Origin: Gammaproteobacteria bacterium
GTDB taxonomy: Bacteria; Pseudomonadota; Gammaproteobacteria; Natronospirales; REEB76
Direction: 5' to 3'
DNA length: 30,111 nucleotides
NCBI GenBank assembly: GCA_035308065.1
Contig: DATGHI010000100.1
Span: 1 to 30,111 of the forward strand
In this document: one piece after another, positions 1 to 7,712 of the stretch
Layout of the letters: every line of letters begins with the position of its first letter
Numbering within the stretch: position 1 is the stretch's first letter
Made by a program: the position numbers and the translations under genes
The notes under the pieces: model-generated
Told to the model about the DNA's origin: nothing
Database searches by the model: none
What the model saw: only the letters and a program-made list of their open reading frames with translations

Positions 1-1
1 G

Positions 2-535
2 CGCGGCCTGGCGCTGCACCTGGATGGCGCACGGGTCTTCAACGCCGCCGTGAAGCTCCAGGTCCCCCTGGAACGCATCACCCGGCATTTCGACAGCGTG
101 TCCCTGTGCCTCTCCAAGGGCCTGGGCGCGCCCGTGGGCACGGTGCTCGTGGGCAAGAAGGCATTCATAGCCGCGGCCCACCGACACCGCAAGCTGCTGG
201 GCGGCGGCATGCGCCAGGCTGGCATCCTCGCTGCCGCGGGGCTCTACGCGCTGGAGCACCACGTGGAGCGCCTCGCGGAGGACCATGCGAATGCGAAGCG
301 GCTGGCCGAGGGCCTGGCTAGTCTGCCGGGGCTGAGACTGGATCCTGCGCTGGTACATACCAACATGGTGTTCGCGTCCCTGGCGCCGGAGAAGGTGGAC
401 GGCCTCGTGCAGCACTTGAAGCAGGCGGGCATCGTGATACTGCCGAACCCCAATCTCCGTCTCGTCACTCACTTGGATGTGAGCCGCGACGACATCCAGA
501 AAGTCATGGCTGCCTTCAAGTCTTTCTTCCATTAA
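2..535 (+). CDS. ltaE: Low-specificity L-threonine aldolase (PLP-dependent), 5'-truncated by window edge
   Basis: Frame is open from base 2 and reads [17 protein letters not shown]...[13 protein letters not shown]...[25 protein letters not shown] and SKGLGAP (PLP lysine) are hallmark motifs. Confidence 0.93.
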   Translation, partial: RGLALHLDGARVFNAAVKLQVPLERITRHFDSVSLCLSKGLGAPVGTVLVGKKAFIAAAHRHRKLLGGGMRQAGILAAAGLYALEHHVERLAEDHANAKRLAEGLASLPGLRLDPALVHTNMVFASLAPEKVDGLVQHLKQAGIVILPNPNLRLVTHLDVSRDDIQKVMAAFKSFFH

Positions 536-557
536 TTCCGCGAGCCCGAGGTACCGT

Positions 558-1202
558 ATGGCCTTCGACGGTCTAGCTGATTTACCGGCCACACGGCGCA
601 TCTTCTGCATCGGCCGCAACTACGCCGAGCACGCGAAGGAGATGGGCAACGCCCTGCCTCCGGAACCCGTGGTGTTCATGAAACCGCCCACCAGCCTCGT
701 CACGGGCGCGCGGCTCCAACTGCCGCGCGAGCGGGGCGCCGTGCATCACGAGATGGAGCTGGTGCTGGCCCTCGGCCGCGAGGCCGCGGACGTCGCACCT
801 GGGGCGGCCATGGCGCTCGTCGCCGGCGTGACGCTCGGTCTCGACCTCACGCTTCGGGACGAGCAGGCGCGTCTCAAGCAGGCGGGCGCCCCCTGGGAGC
901 TGGCCAAGGCCTTCGACGGCGCCGCGGCCCTGGGGCGCTTCACGCCCGCGCCGTTCAGGTTCGACCCCCAGGCCCTGGACATGCTCTGCACCGTCAACGG
1001 CCAGGTCCGGCAGCAAGGCAACACCCGCGACATGCTGTTCCCCATCGGCACCATCCTCGCGTTCCTGAGCCGGCGCTGGCGGCTCCTGCCGGGAGACCTG
1101 GTCTTCACCGGCACCCCGGCTGGTGTAGGGCCGCTCAGGCCCGGCGACCACATCGAGATCTCGAGCCCGGCGCTCGCCACGTTCGGATGGGACTGCACGT
1201 GA
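558..1202 (+). CDS. Fumarylacetoacetate hydrolase (FAH) family protein, FAHD1/YcgM-like
   Basis: RIFCIGRNYAEHAKEMG, VFMKP, HHEMEL, LDLTLRD, WELAKAFDG, GDLVFTGTPAGVG motifs; GAGG upstream of ATG. Confidence 0.92.
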   Translation: MAFDGLADLPATRRIFCIGRNYAEHAKEMGNALPPEPVVFMKPPTSLVTGARLQLPRERGAVHHEMELVLALGREAADVAPGAAMALVAGVTLGLDLTLRDEQARLKQAGAPWELAKAFDGAAALGRFTPAPFRFDPQALDMLCTVNGQVRQQGNTRDMLFPIGTILAFLSRRWRLLPGDLVFTGTPAGVGPLRPGDHIEISSPALATFGWDCT

Positions 1203-1396
1203 GGCAGGCAGAGAGCAAGCGACTGGCGGAAGCGGTGCGTGACGCCTGCCTCAAGGCGGCGAAGGAAGGCTACGAGCAGGCGGCGGCAGCCGGCCTCTGC
1301 CATGAAGGGGCGGTGGAAACATCCCTGGATGCGGTGCGCATGCTGGATCTGAAGGCGCTGCTAGCGGGCGCGGCGGAAGACAAAAAACCCGGCTGA
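1199..1396 (+). CDS. Small conserved hypothetical protein (65 aa) with GLCxEGAxE motif
   Basis: GTG at 1199 overlaps the upstream TGA (GTGA, coupling geometry). Helical sequence AEAVRDACLKAAKEGYEQAAAAGLCHEGAVETSLDAVRMLDL resembles a small family I recall from bacterial genomes. Track start at 1187 is less likely. Confidence 0.7.
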   Translation: MRQAESKRLAEAVRDACLKAAKEGYEQAAAAGLCHEGAVETSLDAVRMLDLKALLAGAAEDKKPG

Positions 1397-1424
1397 AAAA
1401 CCGCCACCCCCGACCGAGGGACGC

Positions 1425-1430
1425 TACAAT
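1425..1430 (+). promoter_or_regulatory. Candidate sigma70 -10 box (TACAAT) for the dhs-like operon
   Basis: TACAAT in a short intergenic gap about 40 nt upstream of the start; no clear -35. Confidence 0.45.
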
Positions 1431-1471
1431 TTGCGCACTGTGATCCGTGGTTCTTGGGGAGCCCCGCCGAA

Positions 1472-2449
1472 GTGAAGAACGCCAAACCCGTCGCCGAATT
1501 CGTCCGCCACCATTACCGTCACTTCAACTCCGCTGCGCTCATCGACGCCGCCGACGGTTACATCAAGCTCATGAAGGCGGGTGGCAAGATGATGGTGACC
1601 CTGGCCGGCGCCATGAGCACCGCCGAACTCGGTCTCTCGCTCGCCGAGATGATCCGCCGCGGCAAAGTGCACATCATCACCTGCACCGGGGCCAACCTCG
1701 AAGAGGACATCTTCAACCTGGTGGCCCACGACCACTATGTGCGCGTGCCCAAGTACCGCGAACTGTCGCCCGCCGACGAGCAGAAGCTGCTGGACCGGCA
1801 TCTGAACCGCGTCACCGACACCTGCATCCCCGAAGGCGAGGCCATCCGCCGCATCGAGAAGGCGATCCTCGCCGAGTGGCAGGCCGCCGACAAGAAGGGC
1901 GAGCGCCACTTCCCCCACGAATTCATGTACCGCATGATCCGCTCCGGCGTGCTCAAACCGCACTACCAGATCGATCCCCAGGACTCCTGGATGGTGGCGG
2001 CTTGCGAGAAGGACATCCCCATCATCGTCCCCGGCTGGGAGGATGCGACGCTTGGCAACATCTTCGCCGCCCATTGCATGAAGGGCGACATCAAGAACGT
2101 GCACACCGTGCGCACTGGCATCGAGTACATGATGTATCTCGCGGACTGGTACCGGAAGAACTCCGGCGGCGCGGGAGTGGGCTTCTTCCAGATCGGCGGC
2201 GGCATCGCCGGCGACTTCCCCATCTGCGTGGTGCCCATGCTGGAGCAGGACCTGGAGCAGACCACGCCGCTGTGGGCCTACTTCTGCCAGATCAGTGACA
2301 GCACCACGAGCTACGGCTCCTACTCGGGTGCCGTGCCCAATGAGAAGATCACCTGGGGCAAGCTCGCGGCAGACACACCGAAGTTCATCGTCGAGTCGGA
2401 TGCCACCATCGTCGCTCCTTTAATTTTCGCCTGCGTACTGGAAGGCTGA
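1472..2449 (+). CDS. Deoxyhypusine synthase-like protein (probable DHS-type homospermidine synthase)
   Basis: HHYRHFNSAALIDAA, TLAGAMSTAELG, CTGANLEEDIFNL, QIGGGIAGDFPIC, SYSGAVPNEKITWGK (catalytic Lys in WGK), ESDATIVAPL. GTG 1472 has GGGGAG 10 nt upstream; TTG 1454 is an alternative start. Confidence 0.9.
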   Translation: MKNAKPVAEFVRHHYRHFNSAALIDAADGYIKLMKAGGKMMVTLAGAMSTAELGLSLAEMIRRGKVHIITCTGANLEEDIFNLVAHDHYVRVPKYRELSPADEQKLLDRHLNRVTDTCIPEGEAIRRIEKAILAEWQAADKKGERHFPHEFMYRMIRSGVLKPHYQIDPQDSWMVAACEKDIPIIVPGWEDATLGNIFAAHCMKGDIKNVHTVRTGIEYMMYLADWYRKNSGGAGVGFFQIGGGIAGDFPICVVPMLEQDLEQTTPLWAYFCQISDSTTSYGSYSGAVPNEKITWGKLAADTPKFIVESDATIVAPLIFACVLEG

Positions 2450-2484
2450 CCCAAGACCTCGCGCCTTCTGCACCGTCATCCGAC

Positions 2485-3054
2485 ATGCAAGCTATCCCAA
2501 AGAACGCAGCGCTGATCCTCATCGACATCCAGCAGGGGTTCAACCGGCCGGACTACTGGGGACCGCGCAACAACCCCGAAGCCGAAGCGAATGCGGCGCG
2601 GCTGCTCGCCGCCTGGCGCGCCACCGGCCGGCCGCTGTTCCACGTGCAGCACCGCTCGCGCAACCCGCGTTCGCCGCTCGCACCCGGCCAGCCGGGTTGC
2701 GAACACAAGGCCGAGGTTCGCCCGCTCGCCGGAGAACCCGTCATCGGCAAGGACGTGAACAGCGCGTTCATCGGTACCGACCTCGACGCGCGCCTGCGCG
2801 CCCAGTCCATCGACACCCTGGTGATCGCGGGGCTCACCACGCCCCATTGCGTCTCCACCACCGCGCGCATGGCGGGCAACCTGGGGTTCCGCACCCTGGT
2901 GGCCGCGGATGCCTGCGCCGCGTTCGCCCAGACGGGCTATGATGGCCGCGAATTCAGCGCGGAGATCGTGCACCAGGCGGCGCTTGCCAGTCTGCATGGG
3001 GAGTTCGCACAAGTGGCTGAGATCGCCGCCATCCTGGTGAGGCTGGAGGAGTAG
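2485..3054 (+). CDS. Isochorismatase-family cysteine hydrolase
   Basis: Asp-Lys-Cys triad contexts LILIDIQQGF, VIGKDVNSAFIGTDL, AGLTTPHCVSTTAR. Confidence 0.92.
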   Translation: MQAIPKNAALILIDIQQGFNRPDYWGPRNNPEAEANAARLLAAWRATGRPLFHVQHRSRNPRSPLAPGQPGCEHKAEVRPLAGEPVIGKDVNSAFIGTDLDARLRAQSIDTLVIAGLTTPHCVSTTARMAGNLGFRTLVAADACAAFAQTGYDGREFSAEIVHQAALASLHGEFAQVAEIAAILVRLEE

Positions 3055-3057
3055 ACC

Positions 3058-3771
3058 ATGCGCGGCATGACCAAGGTCTTGGCAATCCTGTCATTACTTG
3101 CACCGCTCACCGCGGCAGCGGACGGCCTGCCGTCATCCCCTTACGTCCAGGTGAACGGTCACGGCGAGCTGCATGTGGCGCCGGACATGGCCTACGTCAG
3201 CCTGACCCTCGAGAAGACCGATAAGGACGCCAAGGTCGCGCGCGACGACGTGGAAGGCCGGGCCGCCAAGGTCATCGCGCTTGCGCGTAAGCTCGGGATC
3301 GCCGATGCGGACATCGACGCCCCCTCGGTCACCGTCATCCCGGAATACCAATGGGTGAACGAATCTTCGGGTAACGCCGGCACCCGCAAGCTCATGGGTC
3401 AGCATGTGACCCGCGGCATCATGCTCACCCTGCGTGACTTGGATCGTTATGGTGAGCTCGTGGACGGCCTGTTCGCCGTCGGGGTCACGGATCTCGGCAA
3501 CGTCACACTCGACCGCAGCGACCGCCGCGCCCTGGAGCAGAAGGCCCGTGCCCTGGCCGTGGACGATGCCCATGACAAGGCCGCTGGCCTCGCCAAGAGC
3601 GCCGGTGTTACGCTTGGCGCCGTATACAGCATCGAGGAGCAGGGCGGCTCGATTGAGCCCCGGGCGATGATGGCGGCTGCGGCCCGTTCCTCGGGCCCGA
3701 CGCCCGAGTACCTCAACGGCAAGATCGATATCAGCGCGGATGTGCAGGTGTACTACCTGATAGGCAAGTAG
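3058..3771 (+). CDS. SIMPL (DUF541/YggE-like) periplasmic protein
   Basis: Sec-type signal peptide; VNGHGELHVAPDMAYVSLTL; ARALAVDDAHDKAAGLAKSAGVTLGAVYSIEE; C-terminal ISADVQVYY. Confidence 0.9.
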   Translation: MRGMTKVLAILSLLAPLTAAADGLPSSPYVQVNGHGELHVAPDMAYVSLTLEKTDKDAKVARDDVEGRAAKVIALARKLGIADADIDAPSVTVIPEYQWVNESSGNAGTRKLMGQHVTRGIMLTLRDLDRYGELVDGLFAVGVTDLGNVTLDRSDRRALEQKARALAVDDAHDKAAGLAKSAGVTLGAVYSIEEQGGSIEPRAMMAAAARSSGPTPEYLNGKIDISADVQVYYLIGK

Positions 3772-3813
3772 GCGCATCGCCGACCCTCAAGCTTTTCCCA
3801 ACGGAGGAACGTC

Positions 3814-4293
3814 ATGAAGAGAATTTTCGTCATCGCCGCGGTCCTGGCCGCGATCCTCTCCGGCTGTGGCGGCGGCACCGCCCCGGACAACGGCGCCACC
3901 ATCCTTGCCGTCGGCGCCCAGAGCGCGGTGAAGGAACAGGCCGCCCGCGAAGTCCACGACCAGGCCGCGTTCAAGGAATTGTGGGACAAGACCTTCGCGG
4001 ACGATTCCCACCCCCCCAAGATGCCGGACGTGGACTTCACCAAGCAGGTGGTGGTCGCGTACTTCCTGGGTGAGATGAAGCATGGCGGATTCACCCTCCG
4101 CGTGGACCGCGCCGAGCCTGCTAAAGACACACCGGGCACGTACGATGTGGACTTCCTGGTCATCTCGCCGGGCTCGAATTGCACGCGCATGACGAACGAC
4201 ATCACGCACGCGTACCTTTTCGCCATGGTGCCGGCAGCGGGACAGACCATCTCGTTCGACGTCAAGAACCGCGACAACCCGCCCTGCGGTTGA
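3814..4293 (+). CDS. Lipoprotein with PrcB C-terminal-like domain
   Basis: GGAGG RBS; lipobox LSGC; DVDFTKQVVVAYFLGEMKHGGFTLRV...ITHAYLFAMVP matches the PrcB_C pattern. Confidence 0.75.
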   Translation: MKRIFVIAAVLAAILSGCGGGTAPDNGATILAVGAQSAVKEQAAREVHDQAAFKELWDKTFADDSHPPKMPDVDFTKQVVVAYFLGEMKHGGFTLRVDRAEPAKDTPGTYDVDFLVISPGSNCTRMTNDITHAYLFAMVPAAGQTISFDVKNRDNPPCG

Positions 4294-4318
4294 GCGTGAG
4301 GAGGCTTTGAACCCCAAG

Positions 4319-4350
4319 GCGGGCCGCCCAGTGCGGCCCGCTTTATTTAT
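4319..4350 (+). terminator. Rho-independent terminator
   Basis: Perfect 9-bp stem GCGGGCCGC / GCGGCCCGC, 5-nt loop CCAGT, followed by TTTATTTAT. Confidence 0.88.
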
Positions 4351-4375
4351 GTAAAGGACTCGGCCCGGCCGGGTG

Positions 4376-4384
4376 TGCTAGGCT
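4376..4384 (+). promoter_or_regulatory. Extended -10 (TGcTAGGCT), 6 nt before ATG; probable leaderless promoter
   Basis: TGn-TANNNT followed by GAACGC then ATG 4391; no SD. Confidence 0.5.
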
Positions 4385-4390
4385 GAACGC

Positions 4391-4675
4391 ATGCAGAAAA
4401 AGAAGACGGCTTCCAGAAAGAAGGCGGTGCCGAAGAAGGGCCTCGTCAAGAGGCTCGCGATCAAACTCGGCGCCGCGAAAAAGCCTGCACGCAAGAAACT
4501 CGCGGTGAAGAGGATCCCCGCACCGCTTGCGGCGCCGCAATTCGCTGCGCCCGCGGCCGTGAAGCACGGCCCGCTGCATCTGCCGTCGCGTCCCGAGCCG
4601 GCGTATTCCATCATGCATCGCCGGGATTGGGCTCACCAACCGCCTCCCCATAAGATTCCGATTCCGAAACGCTGA
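4391..4675 (+). CDS. Small, very basic Lys/Ala/Pro-rich protein (histone H1-like composition)
   Basis: 94 aa with 17 K + 8 R versus 2 acidic residues; sits between a terminator and the next promoter; codons mostly end in G/C. Confidence 0.7.
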   Translation: MQKKKTASRKKAVPKKGLVKRLAIKLGAAKKPARKKLAVKRIPAPLAAPQFAAPAAVKHGPLHLPSRPEPAYSIMHRRDWAHQPPPHKIPIPKR

Positions 4676-4730
4676 ATTTTCCCTGAAGGTTTCAAGTCCG
4701 AATCCGGCTAGTTTTTGGGCCGCCTGGGCG

Positions 4731-4736
4731 TATCAT
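4731..4736 (+). promoter_or_regulatory. -10 box TATCAT 7 nt before alkA ATG (probable leaderless)
   Basis: TATCAT-GGCGCCC-ATG(4744); no SD; the track ATG at 4735 lies inside the hexamer. Confidence 0.55.
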
Positions 4737-4743
4737 GGCGCCC

Positions 4744-6222
4744 ATGGAGACCGCCGAGCTCTACCGCGATTTCGAAGCCTGCAACCGGGCCCGCCTGGCC
4801 CGGGACCCGCGCTTCGACGGCCGTTTCTTCATCGGCGTGAAGACCACCGGCATTTATTGCCGCCCCATCTGTCCCGCGCCCAGGTGTAAACGCTGGAACG
4901 TGAAGTATTACCCAAGCGCCGCGGCGGCGGCGGAGGCGGGCTATCGCCCGTGCCTGCGCTGCCGGCCGGAGGCGGCGCCGGGCACGCCCGCGTGGCTCGG
5001 CACGTCCGCCACTGTGCGCCGCGGCTTGAGGCTCATCCAGGAGGGTGCGCTGGACAATGGGAGCGTGGAGCAGCTCGCAGAGCGGCTCGGCATCGGCCCG
5101 CGGCACCTGCACCGGCTGTTCATCCGGCACCTGGGCGCGTCGCCGCTCGCGGTGGCCCAGACCCGGCGGCTGCATTTCGCGAAGCGGCTCATCGACGACA
5201 CGCGCCTCGCCATGACGGACATCGCGCTCGCGAGCGGTTTCGGGAGCTTGAGGCGGTTCAACGACGCGTTCCACAAGACTTACGGCCGCGCGCCGCGGGA
5301 ACTGCGCCGCGAACGCTCGGCGGACGCGGCCAAGGCGGACGCGCTCACGCTCAAGTTCGCGTACCGGCCGCCGTACGATTGGGCCGCGATCCGGGATTTC
5401 CTGGCCACCCGCGCAATGCCCGGTGTGGAGCGGGTGGACGGCGACGTGTATGCGCGTGCCGTCAGCGTCAACGGCGTCCACGGCTGGATCGAGGTCCGCC
5501 CGGTGCCCAAGGAGGACGCGTTGGAGCTTTCGGTGCACGAGCTCGGGCCCGCGGCGCTGTTCGGCATCGTGTACCGGGTGCGGCAGATGTTCGACCTGGC
5601 CGCGGACCCGGCGGACGTGCGCCAGGTGCTGAAGAAGGACACGCTGCTCGCGCCGCTCTTGCGCCGCCGGCCGGGCTTGAGGGTGCCGGGCGCCTGGGAT
5701 CCGTTTGAACTGGCGGTGAGAGCCGTACTGGGTCAGCAGGTGAGCGTCGCCGCGGCGCGCACGTTCGCCGCGCGCATCGTGGCCCACTACGGGACACCGC
5801 TCGCGGGGCTTGGGCCGGCCGCTCCCGGCGAGCTGACACACCTGTTCCCCGCGCCGGAAGTGCTGGCCAAAGCGGATCTAGCACGTATCGGCCTCACGAC
5901 TGCCCGGGCCAAGGCCCTGAACGCGTTGGCGGCGGCGGTGGTGAAGCGCGAAGTCTGTTTCAGCGAGGCCGTGCCAGGGGACGAATTGCGCACCGCCCTG
6001 ACGCGCATCCCGGGCATCGGCAACTGGACCGCGGAGTACGTGGCCATGCGCGCGCTCTCGGACCCGGACGCGTTCCCGGCGGAAGACCTGGTGCTACGCC
6101 GCGTGGCGTCCCCGCGCAAGCCCTTGACCGCGAAGGCGCTGCTCGAACGTGCCGAACACTGGCGCCCGTGGCGCGCCTACGCCGTACTGCATCTCTGGCG
6201 CGCCGCTTCTGACGAGAACTGA
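4744..6222 (+). CDS. alkA: Ada N-terminal Zn domain / AraC HTH / AlkA 3-methyladenine DNA glycosylase fusion
   Basis: GIYCRPIC...GYRPCLRC (four Zn Cys), AraC HTH (GPRHLHRLF...SGFGSLRRFNDAF), AlkA_N, HhH IPGIGNWTAEY, DPDAFPAEDL with catalytic Asp. Confidence 0.95.
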   Translation: METAELYRDFEACNRARLARDPRFDGRFFIGVKTTGIYCRPICPAPRCKRWNVKYYPSAAAAAEAGYRPCLRCRPEAAPGTPAWLGTSATVRRGLRLIQEGALDNGSVEQLAERLGIGPRHLHRLFIRHLGASPLAVAQTRRLHFAKRLIDDTRLAMTDIALASGFGSLRRFNDAFHKTYGRAPRELRRERSADAAKADALTLKFAYRPPYDWAAIRDFLATRAMPGVERVDGDVYARAVSVNGVHGWIEVRPVPKEDALELSVHELGPAALFGIVYRVRQMFDLAADPADVRQVLKKDTLLAPLLRRRPGLRVPGAWDPFELAVRAVLGQQVSVAAARTFAARIVAHYGTPLAGLGPAAPGELTHLFPAPEVLAKADLARIGLTTARAKALNALAAAVVKREVCFSEAVPGDELRTALTRIPGIGNWTAEYVAMRALSDPDAFPAEDLVLRRVASPRKPLTAKALLERAEHWRPWRAYAVLHLWRAASDEN

Positions 6223-6245
6223 ACATGTATTCGGAGGAGAAGCTC

Positions 6246-6752
6246 ATGGATATGAAACGCACGCTGTATCACCACACGATAGACAGCCCAGTAGGCTCAC
6301 TGCTGCTCATGGGCGACCGGGATGCGTTGTATGGCGTGCACTTCCAGTCCGGTCCGCGGCCCACGAAACCGCCCAAGGACTGGGAGGAAGACGCGCGCCC
6401 GTTCAAGGAAGCGGTGCGGCAGCTGAAGGCGTATTTCGCCGGCACCCTCAGAAGCTTTGATTTGCCGCTCGCACCACAGGGCACTGAATTCCAGCTCAAG
6501 GTGTGGGAGGCGTTGCAGAGCATCCCTTACGGCGAGACCTGGTCCTACGGTGAACTGGCGCGGCGTATCCGCCGGCCAGCGGCGTCCCGCGCCGTGGGCG
6601 CGGCCAACGGCCAGAACCCGATCCCCGTCATCGTGCCCTGCCACCGGGTCATCGGCGCCGACGGCTCCTTGACGGGCTTCGGCGGCGGACTGCCCATCAA
6701 GCAGAAACTCCTGGCGCTGGAAGGGGCGCTGCCGCAAGCTCGGCTCTTCTAG
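6246..6752 (+). CDS. ogt: Methylated-DNA--protein-cysteine S-methyltransferase
   Basis: GTEFQLKVWEALQSIPYGETWSY, RAVGAANGQNP, active-site PCHRV. GGAGGAG lies 6 nt before ATG 6246 (track start 6225 less likely). Confidence 0.95.
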   Translation: MDMKRTLYHHTIDSPVGSLLLMGDRDALYGVHFQSGPRPTKPPKDWEEDARPFKEAVRQLKAYFAGTLRSFDLPLAPQGTEFQLKVWEALQSIPYGETWSYGELARRIRRPAASRAVGAANGQNPIPVIVPCHRVIGADGSLTGFGGGLPIKQKLLALEGALPQARLF

Positions 6753-6820
6753 CTGCAACTTTTCGGCCCGCTGGCGCATCTATCTCTATGAGCACGCAGG
6801 AGCGTGCGGAGGAGTGGGCC

Positions 6821-6967
6821 ATGCGCAACCGGCGCAGCGACGGGCTAGTCATCGTGTTCTTCGGCTTACTGATCCTGACCGCCGCGGTCCACGCGCTGCC
6901 GTCACCGCCCGCCACCGCTCCCTGGAGTCCCGCTGCCGTCCAGGATCCGCCGGCCCCGAACCGCTGA
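6821..6967 (+). CDS. Putative 48-aa small membrane/secreted protein (not in ORF track)
   Basis: GGAGGAG RBS then ATG. MRNRRSD-GLVIVFFGLLILTAAVHA-LPSPPATAPWSPAAVQDPPAPNR: basic N-region, hydrophobic core, AVHA cleavage-like site, Pro-rich tail. In-frame ATG at 6788 is an alternative start. Confidence 0.55.
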   Translation: MRNRRSDGLVIVFFGLLILTAAVHALPSPPATAPWSPAAVQDPPAPNR

Positions 6968-6974
6968 AGCCTTC

Positions 6975-7616
6975 TCAGCGGCGGTTGCCATCGGCGGTGT
7001 AAAGACCCTGCATCAGGCCGAGCATCTCCTTCACGCCGCTGTCGGTGCTCTTGCCGAACTCCCGCATCACCCTCGCCCGGTCATGAGCGGGGCGGTTCTG
7101 GCTCAGCTTGAATTTGCCTTCCAGCCGCTCGATGGGGATTTCGAAACCGAGGATGTGCGGCGTGAGCCGTTCCGCATGGGCCTGCGCCTCCCGCACGCTC
7201 CACGGCTTTTCGATATAGGCTTCGTGTTCGTCCGTGAGCGTGCCGATCAGCTTCAACAGCGCCGTCGGGTCTTCCGTGGTCTTCGGCGTCCCGTGGGCAT
7301 GGACCGCCACGTAATTCCAGGTGGGCACGTTCTTCGCGGGGTCCTGGTACCAGCGTGGCGAGACGTAGGCGTCCGGCCCCCGGAATACCACCGTCGAGGG
7401 CGCGCCGGCCTTGAGCGCTTCGCAGTGGGGGTTGGCGCGGGCAAGGTGTGCTTGCAGCACGCCATGGGCGCCGCGTGCTGCGTCCAGGTGGAAGGGCAGG
7501 TGGGTCATATGCAGTTGGCCCGCGTGCGGGGTCACCAGCAGCGCGAACGGATGTTTGCGCATCATCGCGTGCAGTGCGGCGAGGTCCCGGGTGTCGAAAT
7601 CGCTCGGGGTGTACAT
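6975..7616 (-). CDS. paiB: FMN-binding negative transcriptional regulator, PaiB family
   Basis: MYTPSDF start typical of the family; GHLARANP-like AHLARANPH, FRGPDAYVSPRWY, VPTWNYVAVHAHG, GKFKLSQNR. GGAG upstream of 7616. Confidence 0.9.
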   Translation of the reverse strand: MYTPSDFDTRDLAALHAMMRKHPFALLVTPHAGQLHMTHLPFHLDAARGAHGVLQAHLARANPHCEALKAGAPSTVVFRGPDAYVSPRWYQDPAKNVPTWNYVAVHAHGTPKTTEDPTALLKLIGTLTDEHEAYIEKPWSVREAQAHAERLTPHILGFEIPIERLEGKFKLSQNRPAHDRARVMREFGKSTDSGVKEMLGLMQGLYTADGNRR

Positions 7617-7712
7617 GTGCGAAGGCTCCGCTGTCGAACTTTTACATAAGCGGCGCCACGGGCGCGGCACCTCAGGTATTATCCCACGCCACTTGGGGCG
7701 GGATGGACGACG

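Noticed and set aside
4708-5884. Several antisense/alternate ORFs over alkA
   Set aside because: No motifs; typical GC-rich shadow ORFs of a well-supported gene.
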